Shown: piece after piece, positions 1-8,728 of the stretch | Numbering within the stretch: position 1 is the stretch's first letter | How the letters are laid out: each line of letters opens with the position of its first letter | Source of the DNA: Pseudomonadota bacterium | GTDB lineage: Bacteria > Desulfobacterota > Binatia > UBA9968 | NCBI GenBank assembly: GCA_021324155.1 | Contig: JAJPJQ010000037.1 | Location: 36,427 to 100,426 of the forward strand | DNA: 64,000 nucleotides | Direction of reading: 5' to 3' | Notes under the pieces: model-generated | What the model was told of the DNA's origin: nothing | The model's input: only the letters and a program-made list of their open reading frames with translations | The model's database searches: none | Program-made: the position numbers and the translations under genes

Positions 1-7
1 TTTCGGC

Positions 8-736
8 ATGAAGCAGATCACGACCGGCATGACGGACGAAAAGGGCGAGTACAATCCCAACCGCGGCCACTTGAGCGACGGCGTCATGGGCCTCGCGCTG
101 CTGCAGCGGCACGCGGGCATCCGCTCCGGCCTCGATCACTTCGGCTTCGAGGTCGAGTCGGGGCAGACCGTCATGGAGCGGCTCAAGAAATATCCCGAAG
201 TGCGCGTCACGAGCAGCCTCGAGCATGTGCCGTTCGCCGTCATGCGCATCCAGGACCCCGCCGGCACGCACATGGACGTCTCGCAGCAGGGCGTCGCCAA
301 GGTGCGCGAAGGCTATCTGGAAAAAGGCTGGGAGCAGCCGCGCCACCTGCATCATGTCGCGATCCGCACGGCGAAGCCGGCGTATCTCGCGCAATTCTAC
401 CAGGACGTCTTCGAGCTCCGTCCCGTGGAAAGCGGCGACGCCAGCGGACAGGTTTGCGTCAGCGACGGGAAAGTCTCCATCGTGATCATGCCCACGGAAA
501 ATAAATCCTACCGCTCGATGACCGAGGGACTCGACCATATCGGCTTCAAAGTCGACGCGCTCCGGAAAGCCGACGACGATCTTAGAAGTCTCGCGAGCCA
601 TCATCCGGAGTCGAAGCCGAAGCAGATCGACCTCGGCCGCTTCGGTCCGACGACGCTCGCCGAGATCGACGCCTGCATGCTCGGGCGGCGCTCGCTCGCC
701 GATCCCGACGGCGTGCTGATGGATCTCGTCGAATAA
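8..736 (+). CDS. VOC (glyoxalase/bleomycin-resistance/dioxygenase) family protein with two tandem VOC domains; possibly 5'-partial at the window edge
   Basis: ORF translation has two repeated beta-alpha-beta-beta-beta glyoxalase-like modules (HFGFEV...; HIGFKV...). The frame is open to nt 2, so the true start may lie upstream. Confidence 0.55.
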   Translation: MKQITTGMTDEKGEYNPNRGHLSDGVMGLALLQRHAGIRSGLDHFGFEVESGQTVMERLKKYPEVRVTSSLEHVPFAVMRIQDPAGTHMDVSQQGVAKVREGYLEKGWEQPRHLHHVAIRTAKPAYLAQFYQDVFELRPVESGDASGQVCVSDGKVSIVIMPTENKSYRSMTEGLDHIGFKVDALRKADDDLRSLASHHPESKPKQIDLGRFGPTTLAEIDACMLGRRSLADPDGVLMDLVE

Positions 737-1707
737 TGCGGCCTGTCCGCATTCTCGTCTCCATTCTATTCGCGCTCGCCGCGTTCGTTGCGCTTCCGCC
801 AGCGTCCGGCGCGCAAGACAAAAAGATCACGCTCGGCCTCACGACGCGCACGGGCAGCAACTCGCTGCCGTTCGTCATCGCCGAAGAGAAAGGCTTTTTT
901 AAAGGCGAAGGCCTCAACGCCGTGGTGGTCGTCATGCAGAACCAGGTCGTGGTCACCGGCGTCGCGAGCAAAAACGTCGATTACGGCGGCACGTTCTCAA
1001 ACTTCGTCGGCGCCGCCATCGCCGGCCTGCCGGTCAAGATCGTCATGTCGGTCATGGACGGCTCCGACCACGTCCTCGTCACCGCGCCGGGAATCAAACG
1101 CGTCGAAGACCTCAAAGGAAAAATCGTCGGGATCAGCAGCTTCGGCGGCACGCCGCACAGCGAAGTGATCACGATCTTGAGGAAGCACGGCATGACCGAG
1201 AAAGACGTCACCTTCCTCCAGATCGGCGGCAGCTCGGCGCGCTACCAATCGTTGGAGGCCGGAAACATCCAGGCTGCGATGCTCGTGCCGCCGTTCAACA
1301 AGATTGGCCGCCAAAAAGGCTTCAACGAGATCGTCTCTTTCAACGACGTGCTGAAAATTCCGCTCGGCGGCCTCGCGACGCACATCGATAAGACGAAAGA
1401 ATCGCCCGGCGAGATCGTCAAGATGATTCGCGCGCTCATCAAGAGCGTCGATTACATTCACAACCGCAAGGCCGACATTCTTGCCCTGATGGAAAAAAGC
1501 TGGGGCGTGAAAGATACCGAGGTGCGCGAGGCGATGTACCGCGATCTCGTCGGACTCTACAGCCGGAACGGCGTCGCGCCCGACGATGTAATGAAGAATG
1601 TCATCCAGTTAGTCCAGGAAGGCCGGAAGACCAAGACCGCCGCGACGATCTCGGACGTCGCGGATTGGTCGTACGCGAAGAAAGCGAGCGAGGAGCTCAA
1701 GCGCTAG
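736..1707 (+). CDS. ABC transporter substrate-binding protein, NMT1/THI5-like (NitT/TauT family), secreted
   Basis: N-terminal signal peptide (LFALAAFVALPPASGA). SsuA/NMT1-like fold motifs; paralogous to the ORFs at 1711-2688, 4367-5362 and 10849-11826. Confidence 0.7.
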   Translation: MRPVRILVSILFALAAFVALPPASGAQDKKITLGLTTRTGSNSLPFVIAEEKGFFKGEGLNAVVVVMQNQVVVTGVASKNVDYGGTFSNFVGAAIAGLPVKIVMSVMDGSDHVLVTAPGIKRVEDLKGKIVGISSFGGTPHSEVITILRKHGMTEKDVTFLQIGGSSARYQSLEAGNIQAAMLVPPFNKIGRQKGFNEIVSFNDVLKIPLGGLATHIDKTKESPGEIVKMIRALIKSVDYIHNRKADILALMEKSWGVKDTEVREAMYRDLVGLYSRNGVAPDDVMKNVIQLVQEGRKTKTAATISDVADWSYAKKASEELKR

Positions 1708-1710
1708 AAC

Positions 1711-2688
1711 TCAGCCGCCCAGGCTTTTAAAGAATCCTTCCCGCTCCAACTCATCCATCAACGACGAATCGACGAATTCCTCCGGCTTGCGGCCGCGGAG
1801 CTCGGGGCTCGTCTCGGCGTAAAAATCGACCGTATCCTTGATTCCCTGCATGTCGACGCGCGGCGGGAAGGAAAAGCGCGGCGCGAAATAATTATAGGTC
1901 TCTGTCAGGATCTCGCGGTCTTCGAGACGCATACGCCGCGCGAAGATATTGATGATACGCTCGCGGTCGGTTTTTACGACCTTGACCGCCTCGGCATATG
2001 CCTTGAGAAATCGCTTGACGATATCGCGATTCTCCTTGAGATAGCCGCGCCGGACATAAAGCGTCGACTGCGAAAATCTCGCATGCATGTCGCCCATATC
2101 CGCCAGCACGCGAAAGCCGGCCTTCACCGCCATGTTCAGATGCGGCGGCGAGAGAATCGTCGCGTCGAGGCTGCCGACGGTGAGTCCTAGCAGGCGCGTC
2201 GGCGCGTCGCCGCCGATCGTGACGTTCACCTCCTGCTGCTTGATGCCCCACTCCTTGAGCGCGAGCTGCATCGCGATATCGTTCGAGCCGCCGAAATTCA
2301 GGATGCCGAGCCGCTTGCCGCGGAGGTCCTTCGGCGAGCGGATCTCCGGCTTCACGACGACGGCGTAAGGAAATTTGTTGTACGATGCGGCGAGAATGGT
2401 CACATCCGACCCGCGCGCATAGGCCTGCAGCGGCGCTGTGCCCGAGCCGGTCGCGAACTGCGTGCTGCCGCCGAGCAGCGCCGCGACCGAGCGCGCGCCG
2501 CCGGTGATCATGACGAGATCGACATTGAGTCCGTATTTATCGAAGAGCTTGAGATCTTTCGCCACCCACGACGCGCTCTGAAAACCGGAGACGCCGCCGA
2601 AATCGGCGACGAGTCTCTCGGCGGCGTGCGAGAGCGGCGGAATCAGGATAAGGAACAGGATCAGGCCTAAGCGAAACTGTGCGGTCAT
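1711..2688 (-). CDS. ABC transporter substrate-binding protein, NMT1/THI5-like
   Basis: Signal peptide (LILFLILIPPLSHAAE); paralog of the other NMT1-like SBPs (KDLRGKRLGI..., FGGSNDIAM...). Confidence 0.7.
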   Translation of the reverse strand: MTAQFRLGLILFLILIPPLSHAAERLVADFGGVSGFQSASWVAKDLKLFDKYGLNVDLVMITGGARSVAALLGGSTQFATGSGTAPLQAYARGSDVTILAASYNKFPYAVVVKPEIRSPKDLRGKRLGILNFGGSNDIAMQLALKEWGIKQQEVNVTIGGDAPTRLLGLTVGSLDATILSPPHLNMAVKAGFRVLADMGDMHARFSQSTLYVRRGYLKENRDIVKRFLKAYAEAVKVVKTDRERIINIFARRMRLEDREILTETYNYFAPRFSFPPRVDMQGIKDTVDFYAETSPELRGRKPEEFVDSSLMDELEREGFFKSLGG

Positions 2689-2763
2689 AAATAATATTCT
2701 TTCTTGTACGGGTGGTTCGCGACCGCGCCTACTTGGGGGAAATTAAATCCTGCGCGTCGCTCC

Positions 2764-3456
2764 TTATGTCTTCCAGCCTTTCACCGAAATATCGATCCCG
2801 TTCCCTTCCGGATCGTGGATGCGGTATTCCGCGTACGGGATGCGGTCCGGCCGCTTCGCGCCGCGCCGGACGCCGGCGCCTTCGGCGCGGTCGCGGATCT
2901 CTTCGATGTCCTGGATGTGAAAGCCGAAGTGGTTGTAGCCGTTCTTTTCCTCGCCGACGCGCTGATAGAGCAGCGCGACGTTGAAGTAGCCGTCGGAGAC
3001 GAAAATCGAGGAACGGTCCGAATAGGCGACTTCCTTCATTCCCAAGGCGTCCTGATAAAAATCCGACAGCCGCTTGGGATCGGCAGTATAGAGCGCGATG
3101 TGTTTTATCGGGAAAGGACTCTTCTCCGTCGTCGCGCCGAACCCTTCGTGGTTGAGATCGATGAGATTGCCGTCCGGGTCGGCTATACGTTTCTCGCTAT
3201 ACGGCGCGGCGCCTTTTTCGTGGCGCGGCGCTTTCGCCGCGACGCCGTCGACGTCCTCGACGCGGAAGCCGCTGGCATCGAAACCGTTTTTCCGCTCGCC
3301 GCTGTCTTTGAGCAGCCCGAGCGTGAAAACGCCGTCGGAGAGCCGGATCAGGCTGTCGTCTTCCGAGACGGTTTTCACTTCGAAGACGCGCCGATAAAAA
3401 TCGGCCAGACGGCGCGGCTCCTTCGCCTTGATCGTCAAACAGCGGAGCTGGGACAT
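2764..3456 (-). CDS. VOC family protein (tandem glyoxalase-like domains)
   Basis: Start placed at the internal Met MSQLRCL, preceded by GGAAAGGGGGGG (RBS-like). Two VOC modules (HIALYT...; NHFGFHIQD...). Confidence 0.65.
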   Translation of the reverse strand: MSQLRCLTIKAKEPRRLADFYRRVFEVKTVSEDDSLIRLSDGVFTLGLLKDSGERKNGFDASGFRVEDVDGVAAKAPRHEKGAAPYSEKRIADPDGNLIDLNHEGFGATTEKSPFPIKHIALYTADPKRLSDFYQDALGMKEVAYSDRSSIFVSDGYFNVALLYQRVGEEKNGYNHFGFHIQDIEEIRDRAEGAGVRRGAKRPDRIPYAEYRIHDPEGNGIDISVKGWKT

Positions 3457-3581
3457 AGTCAACCCCCCCTTTCCTAACGCGAACTTTATTTGAACGGCGG
3501 GCCCGCTGCAATAGCGCCTTGACAGCGGCGGCGAAGCATACGATATGTCTCGTGAGTAGCGCCGCATTCGGAGGTGATCCC

Positions 3582-4370
3582 ATGAGCGACAAGCCAAGAA
3601 TCGCCACCGGCCTGGGCAAGGCCGAGCTCCATCGCATCCTGGTCCGTGGGCATGACCTCACCGAAGAGCTTGTCGGCAAGATCACTTTCAGCGATATGGC
3701 CTATCTCATGCTCGCCGGCAAAATGCCGACGGATGGGCAGCGCCGCATGGTCGACGCGCTGCTGACGATCCTGGTCGAGCACGGCATGGTCTCGAGCGTC
3801 ATCTCGGCGCGGCTCACTTATCACACCGCGCCGGAATCGATCCAGGCGGCGGTCGCGGCTTCGATTCTCGGCGCCGGCAGCGTCCATCTGGGATCTTCCG
3901 AATGGTGCGCGCGCATGCTGCAGCAGGCGCTGCCGCCAGGCATCCATAATGCCGACCTCAACGCCGTCGCCGCGGCGGTCGCGAAGGACTACGACGAGCG
4001 CAAACAGCGCATCCCCGGCATCGGTCACCGCACGCACGCCGAAGGCGACCCGCGCGCCGCGCGCCTGTTTCAAATCGCGCGCGAGACGGAAGTCTACGGC
4101 CGTTACTGCGAGCTTTTACAGAAGGTCACCCAGGCCGCCGAAGCGCGGCGCGGCCGCAGCCTACCGGTGAACGTCACCGGCGCGATCGCCGCCGTCGCAT
4201 CCGATCTGGGTCTACCGTGGCAATTGTCTAAGACGTTCGCGCTCGTCGGCCGCACGCTCGGCGCGATGGCGCACATCGGCGAGGAGATCCGCAATCCGAT
4301 GGCCGGCCAGATCGACGCCGCGATCAAGTCTGCGCTTGTTTACGAGCTCGACGAAAAGGAGAAAAAATGA
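3582..4370 (+). CDS. Citrate synthase family small protein (citryl-CoA lyase-like)
   Basis: Motif IPGIGHRTHAEGDPRA resembles the citrate synthase catalytic signature GFGHRVYK..DPRA. Length about 260 aa is typical of stand-alone citryl-CoA lyase-type proteins. Start at MSDKPR with an upstream GGAGGTG. Confidence 0.55.
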   Translation: MSDKPRIATGLGKAELHRILVRGHDLTEELVGKITFSDMAYLMLAGKMPTDGQRRMVDALLTILVEHGMVSSVISARLTYHTAPESIQAAVAASILGAGSVHLGSSEWCARMLQQALPPGIHNADLNAVAAAVAKDYDERKQRIPGIGHRTHAEGDPRAARLFQIARETEVYGRYCELLQKVTQAAEARRGRSLPVNVTGAIAAVASDLGLPWQLSKTFALVGRTLGAMAHIGEEIRNPMAGQIDAAIKSALVYELDEKEKK

Positions 4371-5362
4371 TCGCCCGCGTTCTCGCTGCGCTCGCGGCTG
4401 CTGTCTTGTTGCAAATGGCGCCGACCCGCGCCGACGCGCAGCCGCTGAAGAAGCTCAACCTCTCGTACACTGCGACCAGTCCCTATCAGGCGGTCGTCAT
4501 CATCGCGCAGCAGGCAGGACTCTTCAAGAAATACGGCCTCGACGTCACGCTGATTTTCATGGCTGGAGGGTCGCTCGGCATTTCGGCGATGATGAGCGGC
4601 GAAGTGCCGATCACGCAGGCGGACGGCTCGGCGTCCGTGGGCGCTAGCGCCGCCGGGGTCGATGTCGTCATCTTCGGCAGCTTCTTGAACACGTTTCCGT
4701 ACAGCCTCGTCTCGCTGCCCGAGATAAAGACCGTCGAGCAACTGAAAGGAACAAAGATTGCGATCAGCCGTTTCGGCAGCGCGACCGACCTGAGCGTCAA
4801 GATGGCCCTCGCCAAAGTCGGACTGAACCCGGACAACGTAACGCTGCTGCAAGTCGGCGCGCAGACCGCGCGCGCGGCGGCGCTGCAATCCAAAAACGTC
4901 CAGGCGACGATCATCACGCCGCCGTTCACGCTGACCGCGCGGAAGCTCGGCTACAACACCCTGATCGACATGGCTCAGCTCAATATTCCATACCAGCTGA
5001 CCGCGCTCGTGGGCTCGCGCGCCTATCTCAAAACGCACCGCGACATCATTTTGTCCTTGATGCGCGCGTCGTCCGAAGCGATCCATTTCTACAAGACGCA
5101 AAAAGAAGCGAGCGTCAAAATCTTGAGCAAATATCTCCAGACGACCGATCGCGAGGCGCTCGAGGAGACCTACCGCGAGGTGAGCCTCAAAGCGGTTCCC
5201 GACAAACCCTATCCAACGCTCGCGGGCGTGCAGACGATCTTGGACGAGCTCTCGGCGAAAAATCCGAAGCTTAAGTCCGCGAAACCCGAAGATTATGTCG
5301 ACATGAGCTTCGTCAAAGAGCTCGACGACGAGAAATTTTTCGACCGCTTGTACAAGCGCTGA
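4367..5362 (+). CDS. ABC transporter substrate-binding protein, NMT1/THI5-like
   Basis: Signal peptide; paralog of the other three SBPs. Start overlaps the upstream stop (ATGA), suggesting translational coupling with the citrate-synthase-like gene. Confidence 0.7.
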   Translation: MIARVLAALAAAVLLQMAPTRADAQPLKKLNLSYTATSPYQAVVIIAQQAGLFKKYGLDVTLIFMAGGSLGISAMMSGEVPITQADGSASVGASAAGVDVVIFGSFLNTFPYSLVSLPEIKTVEQLKGTKIAISRFGSATDLSVKMALAKVGLNPDNVTLLQVGAQTARAAALQSKNVQATIITPPFTLTARKLGYNTLIDMAQLNIPYQLTALVGSRAYLKTHRDIILSLMRASSEAIHFYKTQKEASVKILSKYLQTTDREALEETYREVSLKAVPDKPYPTLAGVQTILDELSAKNPKLKSAKPEDYVDMSFVKELDDEKFFDRLYKR

Positions 5363-5377
5363 CTTTTTTTCCAGCCG

Positions 5378-6325
5378 GTGCACGACTTCGTACGACTCTT
5401 CGCCTTTTGCGCTGCGGCCGCGGCTATCGTCGCCGGCTGGGTGTCGCCTGCCGTCGCGTTGGCACTCGGCCTTTTCTTCGGCCTGGGTCCGGGAAATCCG
5501 GCCCCGCGCGTCACCGCCAAATCGCGTTTACTGCTGCAGATATCGGTAGTCGGGCTGGGATTCGGGCTGAATATCGCCATGATCTTGAAAGCCGGCATGG
5601 TCGGCCTGCACGTTACCGCTATAAGCATTGCTGTCATTATGATCGCGGGCTGGTATCTCGGACGCCTGCTGCGCATCGACGGCAGCACTACGCTGCTGGT
5701 CTCGGCAGGGACATCGATCTGCGGCGGCAGCGCGATCGCCGCCGTCGGGAGCGCCATCGAGGCCGACGCCCGCGCGATGTCGATCGCGCTGGCGATTGTG
5801 TTTTCTCTTAACGCCGTCGGGCTGTTCATTTTCCCTTTGCTCGGACATTTCATGGGCCTCAGCCAGAGCGCTTTCGGCCTGTGGGCCGCCGTCGCTATTC
5901 ATGACACGAGCTCGGTGGTCGGAGCCGCCGCGAAATACGGCGACGAGGCGCTGGCCGTCGCGACGACGGTGAAACTCGTCCGTACGTTATGGATACTCCC
6001 GCTGGCGCTCGCTTTAGGGCTGATTAAGCGCCGCAGAGCCGCGCTGGTCGGCTTCCCGTGGTTCATCGTCTTCTTCGTGCTTGCAGCCGGCGTGCGCTCG
6101 CTTTGGCCGGAGCATGAAACGGCGTATCTGTTCATCAAGCGTGCGGCGGTAACCGGATTGACGCTTTCACTTTTTCTTATCGGCGCCGGATTGTCACGAC
6201 AATCGTTGAAAGTTGCCGGCGCGCAGCCGTTCATCCTTGGCGTTGCGCTCTGGATCGGCGCCGCATTCCTCGGCTTGCTCGCTGTTTGGATGTTCGAGTC
6301 CCATTTAGGGGCGATTGCCGGTTGA
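5378..6325 (+). CDS. YeiH/UPF0324 family putative sulfate-exporter-type membrane protein
   Basis: About 10 predicted TM helices. Gly-rich motifs (SAGTSICGGSAIAAVG) typical of the YeiH / Cons_hypoth698 family. Confidence 0.55.
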   Translation: MHDFVRLFAFCAAAAAIVAGWVSPAVALALGLFFGLGPGNPAPRVTAKSRLLLQISVVGLGFGLNIAMILKAGMVGLHVTAISIAVIMIAGWYLGRLLRIDGSTTLLVSAGTSICGGSAIAAVGSAIEADARAMSIALAIVFSLNAVGLFIFPLLGHFMGLSQSAFGLWAAVAIHDTSSVVGAAAKYGDEALAVATTVKLVRTLWILPLALALGLIKRRRAALVGFPWFIVFFVLAAGVRSLWPEHETAYLFIKRAAVTGLTLSLFLIGAGLSRQSLKVAGAQPFILGVALWIGAAFLGLLAVWMFESHLGAIAG

Positions 6326-6374
6326 AGCTGTCGGCTAACCCATATAGCATCGCGATGACATTACGGAGGACAAC

Positions 6375-6668
6375 ATGACTATCAAACAATCGATCTGGAT
6401 CTTCACCGTAGGCGCGCTGCTGATGCTCTCAGGGATTCGCGTTCCGCGCGTCGCTGCGCAGGACGCGAAGTCTCTATCGCAGGCGTACCAGGAAATTTTC
6501 GAGCGCAGCGCTAAGGAGAAAAAAGGTCTCAATATTTATGTGCGCGGACAAAGCATCGGCGCCGTCTTCGCCAAAATGATCGGCAACGACGCGATCGAAG
6601 TGCGCAATCAGACCTACGGCCGCATCGTGATCCGTCTGGACAGCATCGATGCGGTAGCGATTAACTGA
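6375..6668 (+). CDS. Small secreted hypothetical protein
   Basis: 97 aa with an N-terminal signal peptide (IWIFTVGALLMLSG...AAQD). No recognisable domain. Confidence 0.4.
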   Translation: MTIKQSIWIFTVGALLMLSGIRVPRVAAQDAKSLSQAYQEIFERSAKEKKGLNIYVRGQSIGAVFAKMIGNDAIEVRNQTYGRIVIRLDSIDAVAIN

Positions 6669-6694
6669 CTGATGTACTGTCGGTGAGTCTTTAA

Positions 6695-6982
6695 ATGCAG
6701 ATTCTCGCCCTACTTCTCGTCGCAGTTTTAACGGGAGCCGCAGCCGCGGCGGATTCGCCGAAGCCGCGCGACGACGTCGCGAAGATGATCATGATCATGG
6801 ACGGCCCGCGGGGCAAAGACTGCACGGAGCGGAAGATCGTCAAGACCGACGTCGTCGAAGCCGCGCAGGACAAAACGCCGGCCGTCGAGCGCTGGACGCT
6901 CGACCGTTGCGGCAAAAGCGTCAATTACCTGGTCAAATACTCCAAGGGCGGAAAAACTTTCGACGTGCAGCTGGAAAAATAA
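6695..6982 (+). CDS. Small secreted hypothetical protein
   Basis: 95 aa, signal peptide (ILALLLVAVLTGAAAAAD). No recognisable domain. Confidence 0.4.
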   Translation: MQILALLLVAVLTGAAAAADSPKPRDDVAKMIMIMDGPRGKDCTERKIVKTDVVEAAQDKTPAVERWTLDRCGKSVNYLVKYSKGGKTFDVQLEK

Positions 6983-6992
6983 ACGTACTAGA

Positions 6993-8630
6993 GTGGTTTC
7001 CGCTTACCTTCGGCCTTCTTATCGAAAGTCGGTCCTCATTTCCCTCATTCTGATCGGCGCCGCGTTGCGCCTGTGGCAGTACGCGGCGAACGCCTCGCTG
7101 TGGCTCGACGAGATCGCGGTCGCCCAAAATATTCTGGAGCGGCCTCTCGGCGAGCTGCTCACGGCTCCGCTCGCGTATGCGCAGGTTGCGCCGAAAGGCT
7201 TTTTGCTGGCCGAGAAAGCTGCCGTCGCGCTTTTCGGCCCGAGCGAATACGCGCTGCGGCTGTTTCCCCTGCTTTGTTCTCTGGGGGCGCTGTTGGCGTT
7301 CAGGCGCGTCGCCGAACGCGCGCTCACGGGGTTCGCAGCGACTGTCGCCGTCGCGTTATTCGCCGCGGCCATACCGTTAATATTTTATGCCGCGCAAACG
7401 AAGCAGTACTCGACCGACGTGCTCATCGCCGTGCTCCTGCTCTGGCTTGCGCTCGACCTCGACGCCGGCGCCGTTTTGTCCGCGCCGCGAGCCGTAGGCG
7501 CTGCCCTGGCCGGCGCGGTGGCGCCGTGGTTCTCGCATTCCGCTGTTTTTGTGCTCGCCGGTATGGGTATATCTCTCGCGGCGCAGAGCCGCCGGCTCGA
7601 TGTCCGCTCGCTGCGGCGTCTCTATATCGTCGTGGCCGTCTGGACCGTCTCGGCTCTGTGCGCCGTCGGTATCGAGTTATCGACGGCGTCGCCGCAAACG
7701 CGCGAATACATGCAGTGGTTCTGGGCGCCCGCCATGCTGCCGTCCGATGCGCTGCACATGCTCTGGCCTTTGCTCCGATTGAGGGACTTGCTCGGCCAGA
7801 GAGGTCTCGGCGCCCTCGGATACCCCGCCTCGATCTTATATATGTCGCTCGCCGTCTTCGGTCTCGCGCTGCTTTCTTGCCGCAGGCTCCGCGTCGCGCT
7901 GTTCCTCATATTACCCACGGCTCTAACCGTCGCCGCTTCGGCCGTGCGCCAATATCCCTTCGCCGATCGTTTGATACTTTTTCTCGTGCCGGGTTTTTTA
8001 CTCGCGATCGCCGAAGCTATCGAATGGACCCGCGCGCGCGCGGCAAAATTCTCTCCTGTCGCTGCCGTCGCGATGCTGGTCGCACTTGCGGGTCCCGCGC
8101 TCTACGCGCTCGCGACGAAGCCGCCGGTCTACCGACTCCAGGATATGAAGCCTGTGCTCGCTTACCTGCAGGAGCGGCGCCGTCCCAGCGACGCGGTGTA
8201 CGTGCATTATCGTGGCGCCCCGTCGATTCTTTTTTACGGCGCGCGCTATGGCCTGCGCCCGAGCGACTACACGATCGGCGGCTGCTATCTCGGCGATACG
8301 CGGCGCTACCTCGAAGACATCGACAAGTTTCGAGGCTCGCCGCGTCTGTGGATCATTGCCGCGGACGTCGCGCCGATTCGTTCCCAGCCCCAAGAAATGG
8401 TCCGTTACTTGGACGCGATCGGCGTACGCAGCGATTTCTTTCTCGTGCCAACTCGCACCCCGAGCGGCTATGCCATCACTCCCGCCGCCGTCTATCTATA
8501 CGATCTGAGCGACCCCCAGCGCCTTGCGAAAGCCGACGCAAGCTCGTTCCCTGTTATAGGCAAAGATCACGGGCCTTCATGGACCCGCTGCCACGAGGGA
8601 CCGATCACCGTCGATCCTGCGCGCCGCTAG
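6993..8630 (+). CDS. GT-C fold membrane glycosyltransferase-like protein (PMT/ArnT-like) with C-terminal soluble domain
   Basis: More than 10 TM helices. Acidic DE motif (SLWLDEIAVAQN) in the first extracytoplasmic loop right after TM1, as in GT39/GT83 enzymes. About 200-aa C-terminal non-membrane domain. Confidence 0.45.
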   Translation: MVSAYLRPSYRKSVLISLILIGAALRLWQYAANASLWLDEIAVAQNILERPLGELLTAPLAYAQVAPKGFLLAEKAAVALFGPSEYALRLFPLLCSLGALLAFRRVAERALTGFAATVAVALFAAAIPLIFYAAQTKQYSTDVLIAVLLLWLALDLDAGAVLSAPRAVGAALAGAVAPWFSHSAVFVLAGMGISLAAQSRRLDVRSLRRLYIVVAVWTVSALCAVGIELSTASPQTREYMQWFWAPAMLPSDALHMLWPLLRLRDLLGQRGLGALGYPASILYMSLAVFGLALLSCRRLRVALFLILPTALTVAASAVRQYPFADRLILFLVPGFLLAIAEAIEWTRARAAKFSPVAAVAMLVALAGPALYALATKPPVYRLQDMKPVLAYLQERRRPSDAVYVHYRGAPSILFYGARYGLRPSDYTIGGCYLGDTRRYLEDIDKFRGSPRLWIIAADVAPIRSQPQEMVRYLDAIGVRSDFFLVPTRTPSGYAITPAAVYLYDLSDPQRLAKADASSFPVIGKDHGPSWTRCHEGPITVDPARR

Positions 8631-8668
8631 CCATGTTGTGATGGCGCTGCAGGAACGCAGTCGCCGCC

Positions 8669-8697
8669 TTGACTTCCCGCCTCCCCTTTCATATCTC
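8669..8697 (+). promoter_or_regulatory. Putative sigma70-like promoter for the hydantoinase-like operon (TTGACT-N17-TATCTC)
   Basis: TTGACT at 8669-8674, 17-nt spacer, TATCTC at 8692-8697, then GAGAGGA RBS and ATG at 8729. Confidence 0.3.
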
Positions 8698-8728
8698 TGC
8701 TTGAAAGCACTCACGAGAGGAAAACAGA

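Noticed and set aside
997-1461. Long antisense ORFs overlapping confident genes, for example 997-1461(-), 4340-5383(-), 7073-8641(+), 9419-10468(-), 11726-12712(-), 17383-18174(+), 20418-21347(+), 23810-24907(+), 31915-33171(+), 38526-40349(+) and 37439-38380(-)
   Set aside because: They have Arg/Ala/Gly-rich low-complexity translations with no domain signatures. Each sits opposite or out of frame to genes with clear family motifs. This is the expected consequence of stop-codon scarcity in about 68% GC DNA.
5340-5377. Short palindrome cgcttgtacaagcg followed by a T7 run after the SBP gene, as an intrinsic terminator
   Set aside because: The stem is only 5 bp with a 4-nt loop, and the next gene starts 3 nt after the T-run. 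At most it is a weak attenuator. There is not enough support to call a terminator.
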